Below are positions 1 through 14,153 of a DNA stretch of 64,000 bases, in pieces. Position 1 is the first letter of the stretch, and each line of letters opens with the position of its first letter. The notes beneath the pieces are model-generated. The model saw only the letters and a list, made by a program, of their open reading frames with translations. It had not been told where the DNA came from and ran no database searches. The stretch is from Felis catus (Eukaryota): contig NC_058368.1 in the NCBI RefSeq assembly GCF_018350175.1, positions 131,318,001 to 131,382,000 of the forward strand, given 5' to 3'. A program made the translations under genes and the position numbers.

Positions 1-1874
1 ATAGAGTCATGAAACCCTGCCCTTATCCAAACACGCTGTTATTTATTTTTTAAGGGAGAGTGTTCATTCCAAGTGGTCACTTTAGGACACTACATGCCTC
101 CAAAAGTTGCTATTCACAATTATTTTGAATCTTTTGGAATGTCTAGTCAGTTTACAAGTAACAGAAATGCTTTCAGGATCGCTTTTATAAGTACTTGTTT
201 TTGTTTGTATTTTTTAATCAAACTATTAACTCCATTAGAACACCATTTTCATTTGCTAAATTTGAAAAATGATTTCTGCATGACTGTGAAAGTCTTCCAG
301 ATTTTGCCACTATTAAGGATATTAAAAGATTATTTGAAAGGCTATGAAAGCAATTTCAAACCAGTGGTTTAAAAATAGTTTCAAACAATGGCAACGTTGT
401 TAGAATAACTTTGCATCCTTCCCAGAGTGACTACTCTAAAGGGGACAATACTTACTTGAAGGCTAAAGTTCTATGTCTCTATGTGTATAGGCATAGATAT
501 ACTTATTTTTTATATGTACATTTGCATGTTTGTTAAATAATTTGAAATTCATAATTTGTATTGTAACCTAACAATTTATAGTAGTCCACAATAAAATGGG
601 GACATAAAATGCCCACATTAAAATATCTTGTTTTGGCTCTAGTATTCGATAAAGTGCATAAAAAAGGAATCATATTGATGAAAACTAAGTATTCTTGTTT
701 CTTTAAACATCATCCACTTAATTAACAAGGTGTTTTTTTTGCTTTCTTAGATTTTGAAAATATTGGAGGAAATGACTTGAATGGCAAATCTCTTGGAAAA
801 GCGAGCTAAGGAAATTAGATCTGTTGCATTTTTTTATCTTGATAATTTTCTCTGTAGCAAGCAGAAATATTATAGATGGTTATATTAATAATAGAACTGA
901 CCTCATTCTATAATCTCTTTACTTGATTATTTCACTGGTTTGATGGCTGGAAAAATTTAGAAACAATCAGTAGATCATTAGCACACATATTTAAAGCAGT
1001 TTCAAAACATCCTTCATAAAATTGTTGAGATAAGCATGAGAGTTATTCTGAATTAGATTTGCCTGACCTATTTAGAAGCCTGTTGAAAAAATGTATCCAA
1101 GGCACCAGAATTGAAGTGTGGACACCAATTCAGGCTGCTTTTTTAACAAATAGTATAGGCAGGTTGGCCAATGACGTGATGAATAAATTGAGAACTATTT
1201 ACTTACTTAATTAATGGAGCTAGAAATTAAAACCGAAGTGTATTTTTCTAGCCATATTCTACTCAAAATTTTGGGTTTAAGGTAGAGACTGTTCTTTCTC
1301 AGACAACTTGTCTCCTGGAGAATATATAAATTGTGTAATAAATATTTATATGGCTGCACTTGGCTGATTTAAAACCAACTAAGGCTTTATGGTCCTAAAT
1401 AAAGCCTTCTCTCTTCTAGTCAGGCATTATTCTTTTTGCTCACCAACCATATCCTTTCCCAACTTAGTGTTTTGCCTTATATTATTTTCCTTGCTCAAGA
1501 TACCTATTTCTCTGCACTCTCCTTAACTAATGCTGTCTACATCGTTTCTATCCTTAAGACCCAGCTGTAATACCACTGTTTTCCACAAAGCTTCCCGACT
1601 CCCTAGTTCTTGTTTTCAGTTTACCAGGCAGTTGTAGTTGTTGGTTACTATGTTTTTTATTATTTAATTAACTTTGTCCTTGAACTTGTTCTCCACCTAG
1701 ATTTTTTTTTCCTTGAAGGCACAAGTCATACCTTAAATATATATATTTTTTTCTGAATCCTATGCAGCAGCTAGAACACTGGATAATAGCAGGACATATC
1801 GGCTTATAAGGTTAGATCTATAAGGGGAATTTATTAATCAGGTACTGAGGTAAAATTTCTTAATGCTTCATAAT

Positions 1875-2196
1875 TGTATCAGTCATTGTTCTAGCAGAAA
1901 ACAGATTGCAGGCTCAGATGGGGTAATGGAGAAGAGTTTAACTTAAAAGGTGTGCCTGGATTAAAATACACCAACAATGGATGGTGAAGTATCTCAAGAC
2001 TATCTGTAGTGGGAGCCATTATCGTCCCTAGGCCTGAAGGGTAAGAGAAGAGAACCATTACTGAAACCCAAAGACAGTAGCTATGTGGAGGGAAAGGCTG
2101 TGTGACTATAGCTCTGGTCTTTCTGTGATCAGGCAGGGGAGCAGCTGCAGGAATAAATACCCCAGCTTCACTTTCTTCCAGCCCTCTGATGTCCTG
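1875..2196. mobile_element. ERVL-class LTR fragment (LTR33-like)
   Basis: Starts tgtatcagtca...cagaaaacagat; contains ccaacaatggatggtgaag and ccctaggcctgaaggg, as in the recalled LTR33 consensus. Confidence 0.65.
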
Positions 2197-2799
2197 TTTC
2201 GTTGTAGTTTAATTCAGTTACTAACATGCAAGAACACTTTATTTATGAATGATGTATTTCATTTGAACCACCATCCTTTTTTCTCCCCTTGTGATGTTAG
2301 TTGGTATGGTATTGGTATACATGCCATCTCAGTGATTTGTTTGTTTCGTCATGTGTTGTCTTTGCTTATACTGTGCACAGGTGGAGACCTAGAACTATGT
2401 GCATGGTCATTGGTAAATCTCCCTTCACCATTCCAACCATTTGATTTGGCTGAATCAATCAAGGGTGCTCATTTTTGTCTTTGTGCCATTTTCATAGATC
2501 ATTGATTTTCAGCCTTGGTGTATGTGGTTCTGAGTGTCGTCATTCTCATTCAGGCAGGTTTAGGATAAGGCTTGAGCATCTGTTCTTTTACAAAGCATTC
2601 ACATATTTCAGATACACAATACGTGAGAACCACTAGCAAAAATAGTCACTTTGACCCAAAGGTTATGGCTGTTGCCCCCTTTCTCCTCATTGTATACGTA
2701 GCATCATCAAGGCTCAAATTCAAATTTGATTGTGCTTTATGTACTCTTGAAAGCAAAATAACTGTCTTAGATTTTTCATTTTGTGAAATGCTTATGTTA

Positions 2800-3680
2800 T
2801 AGGATGCAAAACATGTGGCTTCCATGTTAACAAATTTCAAGTTTAGAAAAATCATAAAACATTTCAAATAAACAATACAGAAAATAATATAATGAACACT
2901 CATGTTCTCATCCCGTAGTCTTATAAAAAATAACGTATTACTATTATTAATGATTTTTTTAAAAGCCCCTTTAAATCCCTTCTTAGAAGTTACTATTATC
3001 TTAAGCTTGGTGTCTGTTACTCCGTTTAGTATTTTTAAACTGATGCTACAGAAACATCAGTAAACAAAACATAACATTGTTGCACATGCCTTAAATTTTT
3101 TTTGTGACTGTTACTAAGCTCTGTGTGTCCTTCTTGAATGAGCATATTTCTGCAGCATTTTTTCCTTGTTTAACATAATGTAGAGTTTTTTCTAGATACA
3201 TGTAGCTTTAGTTTATTTTTATTATACAGTATTACATTGTATCCACGAACAGAAATTTATTTGTCACATCTGTTGATGACCATTTGGTATGTTTCTAGTG
3301 TTTTGCTACTGCAAAGTGTTGCTAAAATGAACATTCCTATATGATATATTTTTTAGGTTTTTTTTTGTGTACATAAACACTTAGATGTATAACTGTAAAT
3401 CAGTAGATGCACGTTCTCTTACCAGAGTTTGCCAAATTGCTTTCCAATATGTTCGTGCCTCGTTGTGCTTTATGAGTCTCTTGATGCTGCTTCCTACCAT
3501 TTTAATGTGATATTATAATTTATATTTTTCCCAATGTAATGGTTATGAAATGGTGTCTTATTTTAATTTTAACTTTCGCAATTTCTGGTAGAATTGAGCA
3601 CTTTTCATATGACTGCTAGCCATTTGGTTTTCCTCTTCTAAAAATGGTGTTTCTCAAAGTTTTGCCGCTTTTTACCTTAC
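2800..3680 (-). mobile_element. Old L1 (L1M) 3' region, antisense
   Basis: Degenerate antisense L1 motifs: tgttgatgaccatttgg, gccaaattgctttcc, ttgagcacttttcatatg..gccattt. Confidence 0.6.
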
Positions 3681-5864
3681 TGACCTAAATTGTTCCAAGA
3701 TGAGTTATAAATAATATGAAGAAATAAATGTGGCATGCAGTTTGTCATTGGAATGTCCATAAAATTATTAATCTTTTAACCAATTGTGTAAAAGAATTTC
3801 CCAGTTCAAAAGTGATACCTGAATAGCAGCATCCAGTGTAGTTTCTTCGCATTTTTCTTTAAGTTCCTCTGAAGATGCAGAGTAACATGAAAACTCAACA
3901 TAAAACCAGAAAAAAAAAAAAAAAACAAAGAAAACACACACACACACACACCACGTAAAACACAAAAACCAGAGAAGTGACCTCAAGAAGCAGATTGTCC
4001 TCTGGTGAGAACTTCCCCACATCAGCACCTTCCTTCCCTGTGCTACTCTTGCCTGTTGATGCAGACTGCCTGGTGAATATAAACTCGGAGGCTTCTTTCT
4101 GCTCCCTCAGTCACTTCCCTCAAGTATGCAGGTCTTCTGCCAACTAGCAAACTGGGAAGACATCCCTCCCACCCTCTGAGATACCGTTCAGTGAGGCAGG
4201 GACTTGTGGATATTCCTTTACTTTCTGTGTTCCATGCAAATTGCAGGACGTGCATAAGCGGAATATAGGGGGTTTGTGGTGGGTGCCACAGAGCATTCGG
4301 AGACCTGCAGCCCAAAGAACCCTGTTGACAGTGTATGGAAGCAGTTGTACTCGGACCTGTCTTCATGGGTCCTGTCAGTTCTCTCCCGGGGAAACGGATA
4401 GGCCATAAAAGCTGGTGCATGACGTCCCCTCTGAAGAACACAATAGAGAACAGAGAAACAGGTGGCTGACACCCTGCTAGAGATAGCGCAACCATGTGGA
4501 GCACTTTGTGTTTATTAGCAAGCTCTGCCACCATAGACCCGAGCAGGTGGCCAGAAGAGTGACCGTGGTAATTTTTTCACCTTGTCTGTATAACAGCAAG
4601 CCTAGGCAGATCTCCCTGGGATTAAAGGGTATAGGGAGAAAAAGAAATAAAACAAACTTAAATGGCACCCCTGAAATACCATGGAACAAAGGAAGGTTGA
4701 TTATTAAAGGGGGTTGTGATGTAACAATAATTTCAAGGTCTTGATGGGTAGTAGCACCATGTTTTTCCAGATTTTTATATTTTATGCCCATATATTTTGT
4801 AGCCTTAGCCCTTGATTTGTGCCTCAAGGATTCTACAAATAGTGAAGGATCTAGCCCCTTCATTTATTTTGTCAAGTTGAAATTTTGGAAATCCTTATAA
4901 GACTTCGTAGGAGGGGAAAAGGGCAACTGCTGGTACTCTCAAAATAACTGAACTTAAAAGAAATTTCGCAAGTTGAATCAATTTCATTGGGCTGTCTTAC
5001 TAATCACCATTAAAATTGTGTGTGAAATTATTGATGTTGGATTTAATCATGAGTAACTGTTCAGAATGTAGGATAAGTTAGTGCATCACATGTGCAGAAA
5101 CATTTGAAGAAGGCAAGGGGAACCATACATCCAGTAGCCTCTGGGGGCCTCACTGAAGGGGAAGACGGAAGAAACAACCAGTACACCATGGCTGTTTCAG
5201 GATTATTCTTAAGTCACATCTTCTTAGTACACCATATAAGAGCATCACTGAGTTTCAGAGAGACCCATGCTGAAGGCCTGTCTATGCAGAACACCTGTCT
5301 GTAGAAGCATCTGTTGCCGCATAGTGAGAAACTGGAGAATGATAACCCATTACCTGTGTCCTGATGTGGATTCCATAATTCTAAAGAAGGGCGGGGGATG
5401 GGGGGGAGGAGTACACAAAGGCAGCGCAAACTTTAAAAGTGAAAAAGTACCACTCCCCATATGGTAAGCCAGGAGTGTGTGTAGTTTTTGTGGACTCTGT
5501 TAACTCATTGGAGCCTGTTTTATTTTTAGAAGAGTTAAAGGGGAGTACTTCTGGAGTACTTCTGATGTCACCCAAAAGCTGCTCAGGACTGAAAGTAGAT
5601 CTTGAAGCTTGGAACTAGCTGCTACTTCCCTGTCTTACCTCTGCTTTTCTTACTGTCGTCCTCCTGGATGCCAGCAAAAGGGGCGGGGGGGGGGGGGTGA
5701 TGTTTTTGCCTCCTTTGTTCCAATAAATGGCTTAAGAGAGAGCACTTTCCCCCAACTTTGAACTGTCTGTAAGGACTTCAATCCGCTTCACTCCTCATAT
5801 CCTTACAAATCTTACGGCTCTAGAAAATAAGAACCTTTTCCTCACAAAGTAGTGAGAACAGTTT

Positions 5865-5980
5865 AGGAAGTTACTTGACTTCTCTAGGCCTCAGTTTCTT
5901 TATCCATAAAATGATCTTAACAATCCTTACCTCATGGGAATGTTCTGATGATTAAAGGAGCTAATGCCACTTTATAAGTA
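5865..5980. mobile_element. MIR SINE core
   Basis: aagttacttgacttctctaggcctcagtttctttatccataaaatg...cttacctcatggg matches the MIR core. Confidence 0.75.
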
Positions 5981-6108
5981 CTGTGCTCAAAAATAGTATC
6001 TAGTATTTAAAATAATACTAACCTTTGACTTCATGTTTTATGATTAGAGATTTTAGTTTAAAAATAACAAAGTATATCTCTTTATGGCCCTTTGCTAAAC
6101 AGAAAGAT

Positions 6109-6325
6109 GGGGCGCCTGGGTGGCTCGGATGGTTGGACATCCGACTTTGACTCAGGTCATGATCTCATGGTTTGTGAGTTTGAGCCCCGCATTGGGCTCT
6201 GCACTGGTGATGTGGAGCCTGCTTGGTATTCTCTGTCTCTTCCTCTCTCTCTGTCCCTTCCTCACTTGCGCTCTTTCTCTCAAAATAAATAAATAAAACT
6301 TAAAAAAAAAAACCTTAAAAGAAAA
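6109..6325 (+). mobile_element. CanSINE (tRNA-derived carnivore SINE)
   Basis: ggggcgcctgggtggctc head, caggtcatgatctc, CT-rich tract and A-rich tail. Confidence 0.93.
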
Positions 6326-8524
6326 AGAGCAAGGTTTTCTGATGGATTCCTTCACAGATGTTTATAACTAATTTGAATACCTCCAGTAATCTATAGTTGT
6401 CAAACTACATCTGATGTCCTGAATCTCAGACTGTGTTCTAAGATGGAATCTCTAAAAAGTGAATCTTGGTAAGCTTTATGAGGCGGGGACCAGCTTCCTT
6501 CGGTGGTGTTTGCTAAACTACCCTGGTGATGCCAGTAAATTGTGCCTTGACTTTAAGCAGAGTGAGGAAAAAAATTTTTTTTTTTTGTCTTACCTCTGCT
6601 TACTTGCTTATTCACTCAACTGATTGGTGCCCAACACTGTGTCAGCACCACAATAAATTACACTGTCAAGGAGCTTGCAACTCAGCAGCGAAGACAGACA
6701 TGGAACAAGTAATAAAAAGTGTGATGAATGTTCTGAAGGAGAACTAGAAAGGTATTTAGTGGAAAATAATCATTTAAGGATGATCCCCACCTGCACCCCC
6801 TTCGGAAAGGGGTATTTATGCTGACTTGAGGGATATGGAAGTACTCTCTAGAGGGTGGAGGTAAACTTTCTAGTGATCCAGCAGTAGGAGGCAGAGGAGG
6901 GAGCCAGTGGAGTGGAGGATATGAAAAAAGGCTGGACTGCTGGACTGTAGAGCCGTGTGGGGCAGAGTGTAGACAGCAGTCTGGTCAGCAGAGCCCAAGG
7001 AGGCCTCTGAAAGAAGCAGCAGAATAATGATTTGTTTTGCATTAACATCTTCAGTATGGAGAATAAAATGTTTCAGGTTTTCATGGAGTAAAATTTTGGT
7101 GACTAGAACCATCATTTCTGGCCTGGGGTTTTTGAAGGCACACACACATTTGCTTATTGTTGAGAGAGTACATGGGATGAAATATCTTTCTTTCCCCACA
7201 TTTCTTCCTTGGTCTATTAGAGAGATTCTGTTCCACTCTCCCTTTTCGAAGGAACTGGCAAGTTAGCTTCTTCAGTCCACCTTAATCCTCTTCCCTCCCA
7301 TTGCCTCTCCCTTTTGGACTGCGAAGTTCTCCGAACATATTCTAAAATCATGACTTGAACTCTCAGTGACCTTACCAAATGACAGGAATAAGTTTTTCTT
7401 GCAGTAGTTAACAGAATGGGAAGCTTTCAGTTATAACCTGAAAACTTCTGCTACAAATAGCTTGAACTTGTCTAGAAACGTTTGATTATGTATCATGTAC
7501 ATTCATGAATGACATTGTAACAAAGTAAAAGAAAGCTCTGGAGCCAGAAAGAACAAAGGGGGGCAGAGCTTGGAAAGTAGACACACAGAAACTATCCTTG
7601 CTGTTAGAGTGAGGTCACCTAGGTTCACTAACGGAAGGCCTTCTTGTTTTGTTCTGGTTTTGGTTTTTTCCCCCAGGGGCTTGGGTTTTAATACTCAGAC
7701 TCATCCAGGAGGCCAGAATCCTCAGGTATACATGAGGGCAGGCAGTTGGCAACTGAAACTTCCCACAAAGCCAGGATTTTGAAAGGCCAACATTCTCAGT
7801 GTAATAAGAGATTAGAAACAAAAAAACAAAAAAAACAAAAAAAAAAATGTCCACAGACACAGAGAGATTATACAGAAGTCTGTATCGGTCTAGTTTGAGC
7901 AGATTATGGAGAAAAGTCTCATCTGAAAATTTGCTTTATGAAATTTTTTAAATGTGAAAAATTTGAAACATACTCAGAAATAGAATTGTATAATGAATCC
8001 TCATGTATCCATCAGCTTCAATAGTTATTATTCTTTCATTCTTTTTTCTACATTATGAAATGTGTTTCTATATTATATAGTTGGACCTGTGAATGACCAA
8101 AGCTACAATATTGATCTCTAGCTCAGGACCTTTAAAAAAGATAACAGCATTATATAGTACATCCACATTGAACTTAGTTCATGTATAATTTTGCTCATTT
8201 GTCTCAAAAATCTGTATTTTTAAAGTTGATTTCTTGGATTTAAGATTTAGTCACTGTCTACACATTGCTTTTCATTGATATATGATATCTCAAGTTTTTC
8301 CTTCCTCTTAAAAATTCATTTATTTGTTGAAAAAACCCAAGTTATTTGTTCTGTAGAATTTTTCATATTTTGTATTTGGCCAGTCATATCCTTATGGTGT
8401 TATTTAACATGTTCCTTTATTCTTCATTTAGTAATTAAAATGGCTCTTAGATTTAGATGCTTGCTTGATTCAGTTTAGGTTGTTTTTTTTAAAGAATACT
8501 TTATAGATGGTGTTGACTACTTTT

Positions 8525-8739
8525 ATTTAAAAAACTTTTTTCTTTAACATTTTTATTTATTTTTGAGAGACAGAGCACGAGGAGGGGAGGGACAGAGAGA
8601 GACGGAGACACAGAATCCACAGCAGGCTCCAGGCTCTGAGCTGTCAGCACAGATCCCAACATGGGGCTTGAACCCACAAACTGAGATCATGACCTGAGTG
8701 GAAGTCCGACGCTCAACTGACTGAGCCACCCAGGCGCCC
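8525..8739 (-). mobile_element. CanSINE (SINEC_Fc-type)
   Basis: Ends ctgagccacccaggcgccc (reverse of the head); degenerate TSD tggtgttgactact / tggtgctgactatt. Confidence 0.93.
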
Positions 8740-8794
8740 TGGTGCTGACTATTTTTAATTGCACTGCATCAGGAGGCACTTGATGTTTGGTTGT

Positions 8795-9387
8795 TGTTAT
8801 GGGTTGAATTGTGTCCTTGCAAATTCATTTTTTTTTTAACACTTATTTATTTAATTCAAGAGGGGAGGGAGGGGCACCGAGAGAGAGGAAGAGAGAGAAT
8901 CCCGAGTAGGCTCTGTGCTGTCCGTCCTGCTATGGGGCTCAGTCCCACGAACGGTGAGATCATGACCTGAACTGAAATCAGGATTTGGACCCTCAACCAG
9001 TTGAGCTACGCAGGTGCCCCACAAATTTATATTGAAAAGTTAATTCTCTCAGTACCTCAGGATGTGACTGTTTTTGGAGATAAAGCCTTTAAAGTTAAAA
9101 TGAGTCTGGGTGAGCCCTAATCCAATCTGACTGGTGTCCTTATAAGCAGAGAAATTTTGGATTCACACAGAGACATCAGGATGGGTGCCTACAGAGGAAA
9201 GACCATGTGAGGACACATGAGAAGGCAGCCATCTAAAACCCAAGCAGAGAGACATCAGAAGAAACAATCGTGATGGTCCCTTGATCTTAGACTTCTACCT
9301 TCCAGAACTATGAGAAAAAACTTCTTTTGTTAAAGCCCCCCAGTGCCACAGGGCGCTTTGTTATGGTAGCCCTAGCAAACTAATACA
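8795..9387 (+). mobile_element. MaLR solo LTR (MLT1B-like) with a nested CanSINE
   Basis: tgttatgggttgaattgtgtcc...ccctaatccaatctgactggtgtccttataag...gccctagcaaactaataca; TG...CA ends; perfect 5-bp TSD GTTGT (8790-8794, 9388-9392). Confidence 0.88.
8829..9020 (-). mobile_element. CanSINE inserted in the MLT1 LTR
   Basis: Poly-T, GA tract, gagatcatgacctga and caggtgcccc; TSD-like caaattcat / caaatttat. Confidence 0.9.
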
Positions 9388-10189
9388 GTTGTTCTCTATT
9401 TAGTTATGATTTGCTTAGTTAAGTTATTAGGCTTGATCTTTGAGTTCATGTGGTACAGCCTTGTACCTACATTATAAAATGCTCCATCATCCGTTTTTTT
9501 CCCCTAATGTTTTTAGTATCTACTGATGGTGTTTTTTTCCTAAATCTCTCATTTTATTAAGGGGTGAAACATGGTGATTATATTGATAATCCTACATTTA
9601 TGTAGGGATCATTTGAGCATGATGCCTCAAAATAGCATGATGTCTCGTGAGTTTTTCCCCATCAACTATTTAGTTACTGTAAAAATAGTATGTATAGCAA
9701 AGGTAGACTTGACTCTTTTTATAATTCATCTGTTTTCAGGTTAAGACATCCTTTAAGTAACCGGAGAATCCTTAACTTCAGATTTTAGGGCTTGAGTTTA
9801 TACTACCAGGGTGACCCAAGGATCCCCAAACTGAGAAACTTAACTACAAAGCATTCTTTCGTTGGTGATACCCCGTTAGCACCTGGCAGATAGAAGGTGA
9901 AACTTTTCCCTGGAGGAACAGGTCCTCTAACAAGGCCCCACGCTTGTCTCATGGTAAAGATGAGTTTATATTCTGAGATTATGAAACCAAAGAGGAAGTG
10001 AGTGAGAATTAATAGACATAACTGAAAAAAATTTAGATCCCCAGAAAATTTAAGTGGGCCCAGGGCTTATTATTTTGTTCTTTTCTGTTTCCATACTCAC
10101 AGCCTTGTAGATCTCCTCTGTTTAGTGGCTTTAGAGAACCATCCTCATTTAAATCTCCTCCTCAGATACTGTAATTAACAAGTCCAGAT

Positions 10190-10520
10190 TCTGGAATCCA
10201 GCCCTGTCCTTAATAGTGATACTTGAAAGTCAAATAGACACCTCAGATTTCATACATCCAAAACTGAGCTCCTGACCTGCCCCTCCTTTGTGTCTGCATC
10301 CTTGCCCATATCAGTTGATAGCAATTCCATCTTTAAAGTCGCTCATACTAAAAAATTTCGAGCTATCTTTGATTCTTCTCTTAGACCCCGCATGCAGTCT
10401 CTCTGGAGACCTTGTTTCCTCTATTTACACTGTATGTCCAGAAGTTGACCATTACTTATCACCACCACTGCTCTCACCGTGATCTGAGTCCTGTCTTTTG
10501 GCTAGATTACTGCAGCAGTG
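10190..10520 (+). mobile_element. L2 LINE fragment
   Basis: aatagacacctcagatttcatacatccaaaactgagctcctga...ctagattactgcagcag, typical of L2. Confidence 0.7.
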
Positions 10521-10614
10521 TTTTCCCATTCAAACAGAGTTTATCTGGTAATTGATAGTTTTAGTAACTGTATTTCTACTTTATACTTAGAATTTTTATT
10601 TACAACTAAATCTT

Positions 10615-10840
10615 GGGGCACCTGGATGGCTCAGTCTGTTGAGCATCTGACTCTTGATTTTGGCTCAGGTCATGATCTCAGGGTCATGGGATTGAGCAAC
10701 CCCCCCCCCTCCCCAATCAGGCTCCACACTGTGGAGCCTGCTTGGGATTCTCTCTCCATCTACCCCTCTCCCCTCCTTGCTCTCTCTCTCTCTCTCAAAT
10801 AAAAACACAACAAGAAAACACACACAAAATATAAAATGAA
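10615..10840 (+). mobile_element. CanSINE
   Basis: ggggcacctggatggctcagtc head, CT tract and A-rich tail; aaatctt repeated at both flanks. Confidence 0.92.
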
Positions 10841-12932
10841 ACAAAATCTTATGCCCTGTCTCTGGGAGCTTACAATTTATAGGAAGAAACAGATGTACCC
10901 ATTAGTGTAATACCTGGTGGTACAGTGACATGAGTACTGATCAGAGGCTTATGTAACACATGAACTACTCAAAGGTAAAGGCTGCTCAGGAAAGATACAG
11001 CAAACAGTAATAGCACCAGGAGCTTTAAACCCTTTTGGAGGGAAAATGATAGGATAATTAAGTAAATAAACAGGCCCAGGGATTTTGACTCTTCTAGGTC
11101 AGTGCTTTCTCCACTGGCACATACCCTTTTCTTTTTCTTTCTTTTTTTTTTTTTTTTTTTGATCTCTGCTATCAGTCTTTTGCAGTAAACTAGTATGGCT
11201 GCCTCCATAGTCAACAAAAAGCCTTTCTGTGTAACTGTTCTTTTGGCCCAAAAGAAAAATGGCTTTTGAAGCCAAATCAGTGTGCTTTTCTGTGGTGCCA
11301 CTTTCTCCTCTGAATCCTTTCTTGATAGTTGATACTTGACCCATCCAAAAGAATATAGCTGTCCAGTAAAAGCATGGCAAGTGAGCTACTTATTATCACC
11401 TTTCAGTTAAGACCATGTGTCGTATCATGTTAATGTATTTCACATAAAGTAGAGATGTTTCAGCCCATTTTTACCTTTCTGAGAAATCAGCATGAGAAGC
11501 ATCTGGGGAAGTAAGACTCTGTTTAATCTCAGGACCAATTGGTTATTGGGATGTTTCCCTCCACAAATCATGTCAATTTTGTGTCTTCTCTCTCACCCAA
11601 TTGGTTTAGAATCCCTGTCACCCTCCCATACGTTTTCACAGTCCATGTGTTTGTTATTCATTGTGTTCTCTCACAAAATAGTAGTAGAGCCTTGGCAAAT
11701 ACTTACTGAATGAACATCTGTAGCCTCAAAGCAGAATTTAAAATTCATTTTAAAGTATCACCTGATTTTATTTTCTTCTTGCTACTGTCTCTTCTTGGTC
11801 CAATCAGGAATGTTGGTGGTGCTTTTATTTAAAATATGTTAGGCCTACTTTAGATTGCTCAAAAATCTCCAAAATAGCTAAACCTATTCCTTGGAACAAA
11901 AAATTGCAGACATCATCTGGTGGTTTCTGGTATTTACATATGAATACAAATATACACACAGCATTTTTGTAAAGTGTATTTTGCTTTCCTCACAATTCTG
12001 TTAATTCTGCATGTAATTTCTACCCTTTCTTAAATTTTCCCCCTAAGAAAGTAGTGTCTGAGGAATAAGTATATGTATGGGTACTCCACACTCTTACTTT
12101 GATTCATCTTTAGAATTTATTCCTTCTTTTACCAAAGAATGGTAGCCGTTAAAATGGGTGACATTAATCAAATACAGAAGTTAGAAAATGTGCCTCTTCA
12201 GTACCTTTTTTTTTTTTTTTTTTTTTTTTTACAATTCTTAAAAGTGTCACTTGTATTGAAAAGCTTCAGTGAGCGTTCAAGACTGAACATCTGATGTAGG
12301 TTTGGGAGAGAAAGAAAAGGAAAACGGAAAAATTTAAAAGAATAAAGAGGTGGTGTTGCTTTATAGTATGTAGCTTAAGAAGTTCCTGGAGAAGGTAGGA
12401 AATAACTGGTAGATACTACAACATCAAATGCACATTATCTTTTCTCCTTAAAGTTGAATATGCACTGCATCCTGCCTGAGAGTTCAGCAGTTCCAGGGCA
12501 AGTAGGAGAGAAGGGAGAAGAGGGGTGAAAGGTAACTAGATGGCGATTATGTAGTTGGAATTATTCAGTACTTGGTTATCATCAGAAGTTGGGTGCTTTT
12601 CAAGAAAATGGTTTCTAGATATGAATACCAAAGTGTATGTAGAACCATTTAAGCAGTTCAAGTTGTTGAAGTTGACTTCATCATGTTTGAATCCTGAAGT
12701 GTATAACATAAGCAGTTATTGAAGAAGATTGAGCTCTCTCTCTGTAATTTATGACAGTTTTAGAAATAATAATTTGCTGACTTTAATTACCATTTTAAAC
12801 ACCCTAGCCACCAAGTCTAGATTGGCAGAATTGACAGTTTAGAAATCACCCGATTCAGTCTCTTACTTGTTTTCATAAAGCATCTCATACATACCATTGA
12901 GAAATTCTGAAAACTAATGGAAAAGGAATCTT

Positions 12933-13150
12933 TTTTAAAAAAAATTTTTAACATTTATTTATTTTTGAGACAGAGAGAGACAGAGCATGAACAGGGGAGG
13001 GTCAGAGAGAGGGAGACACAGAATCTGAAACAGGCTCCAGGCTCTGAGCTGTCAGCACAGAGCGCGACGCGGGGCTTGAACTCACGGACCGCGAGACTGT
13101 GACCTGAGCCGAAGTCGGCCGCCTAACCGACTGAGCCACCCAGGCGCCCC
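12933..13150 (-). mobile_element. Young felid CanSINE (SINEC_Fc)
   Basis: CpG-rich and near consensus; perfect 15-bp TSD tggaaaaggaatctt (12918-12932, 13151-13165). Confidence 0.96.
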
Positions 13151-13917
13151 TGGAAAAGGAATCTTGAATTGTAAGCCAGCTTTCACTAAATTATATGTGT
13201 TCCAGAGATATCTATTGAACCACAGAAGGCATGTACATTCCACTGGAATCTGGTCATATCTGTAAGACCCCTTTTTAATTTCTGCTTAAGATTACTTTTT
13301 GGGTCCTATTGTGTTCTTACGTAGGTCACAAACAATTGTAATGACTATTAGTTTAAAAACTCATTTATATTTTTGCAACTTTTCATTGACAATTGATTGC
13401 AGTATTTATTAGTACTTCTTTTCTTTGGCCTACTTGGGTTTGGCACATTTTATTCTTCTGTGTTCACAACACATTAAGATTCACTATCAGCAAGGGGAAG
13501 TGGCATGGCCTCAGTTTATGAAGTAACATCTGTGCCGCTGACTCTCCTTAGAGTTACTACATATAATGTTGTACTCATGTGAACAGTCATGGTTCCAAAG
13601 CCCACTTTGGAACATTGGTGGATTACTTCCAGGGTAACTGTGTCCTATGTAAAAATGAGATTTCTCTTTCGTTAAGAACATTCTATTTTTTTTTAATATT
13701 ATAAAATACATATATTCTCATTTCGTGAAATATATATCAAAATATATATATGTATATACACGCATATATATGCATATACATTATATAGTTATATAAAACT
13801 ATATAAAATGTTCTCATTTCATGGAGACAGAATTCCAGTATACAATCCCTGTATACAACTTTTAGATGATGAGTTATGCCTTAGTCTACTGTCTAAAAAT
13901 AGACCATGATGCTTTTA

Positions 13918-14153
13918 TTTTTTTTTATTTTTTAATTTTTTAATTTTTTTTTAACGTTTATTTATTTTTGAGACAGAGAGAGACAGAGCATGAATGGGGG
14001 AGGATCAGAGAGAGGGAGACACAGAATCTGAAACAGGCTCCAGGCTCTGAGCTGGCAGCACAGAGCCCGACGCGGGGCTCGAACTCACGGACCGTGAGAT
14101 CATGACCTGAGCCGAAGTCGGCCGCATAACCGACTGAGCCACCCAGGCGCCCC
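13918..14153 (-). mobile_element. Young felid CanSINE (SINEC_Fc)
   Basis: CpG-rich; perfect 16-bp TSD gaccatgatgctttta (13902-13917, 14154-14169). Confidence 0.96.

Larger units (their letters stand above)
7930..9740 (-). mobile_element. L1MC-like 3' end, antisense, interrupted by two SINEs and an MLT1 LTR
   Basis: aaacatactcagaaatagaattgtataatgaatcctcatgtatcc and catcaggaggcacttgatgtttggttgt motifs; the sequence resumes after 9392. Confidence 0.55.

Noticed and set aside
2083..2505. 140-aa ORF
   Set aside because: Starts in an LTR; no recognisable domain or exon structure.
5680..5698. G-run as a functional G-quadruplex or GC box
   Set aside because: An isolated homopolymer of uncertain length with no supporting context.
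6109..6190. tRNA gene (A/B-box-like sequence), likewise at other SINE heads
   Set aside because: tRNA-derived CanSINE head followed by a CT tract and A tail; not a tRNA.
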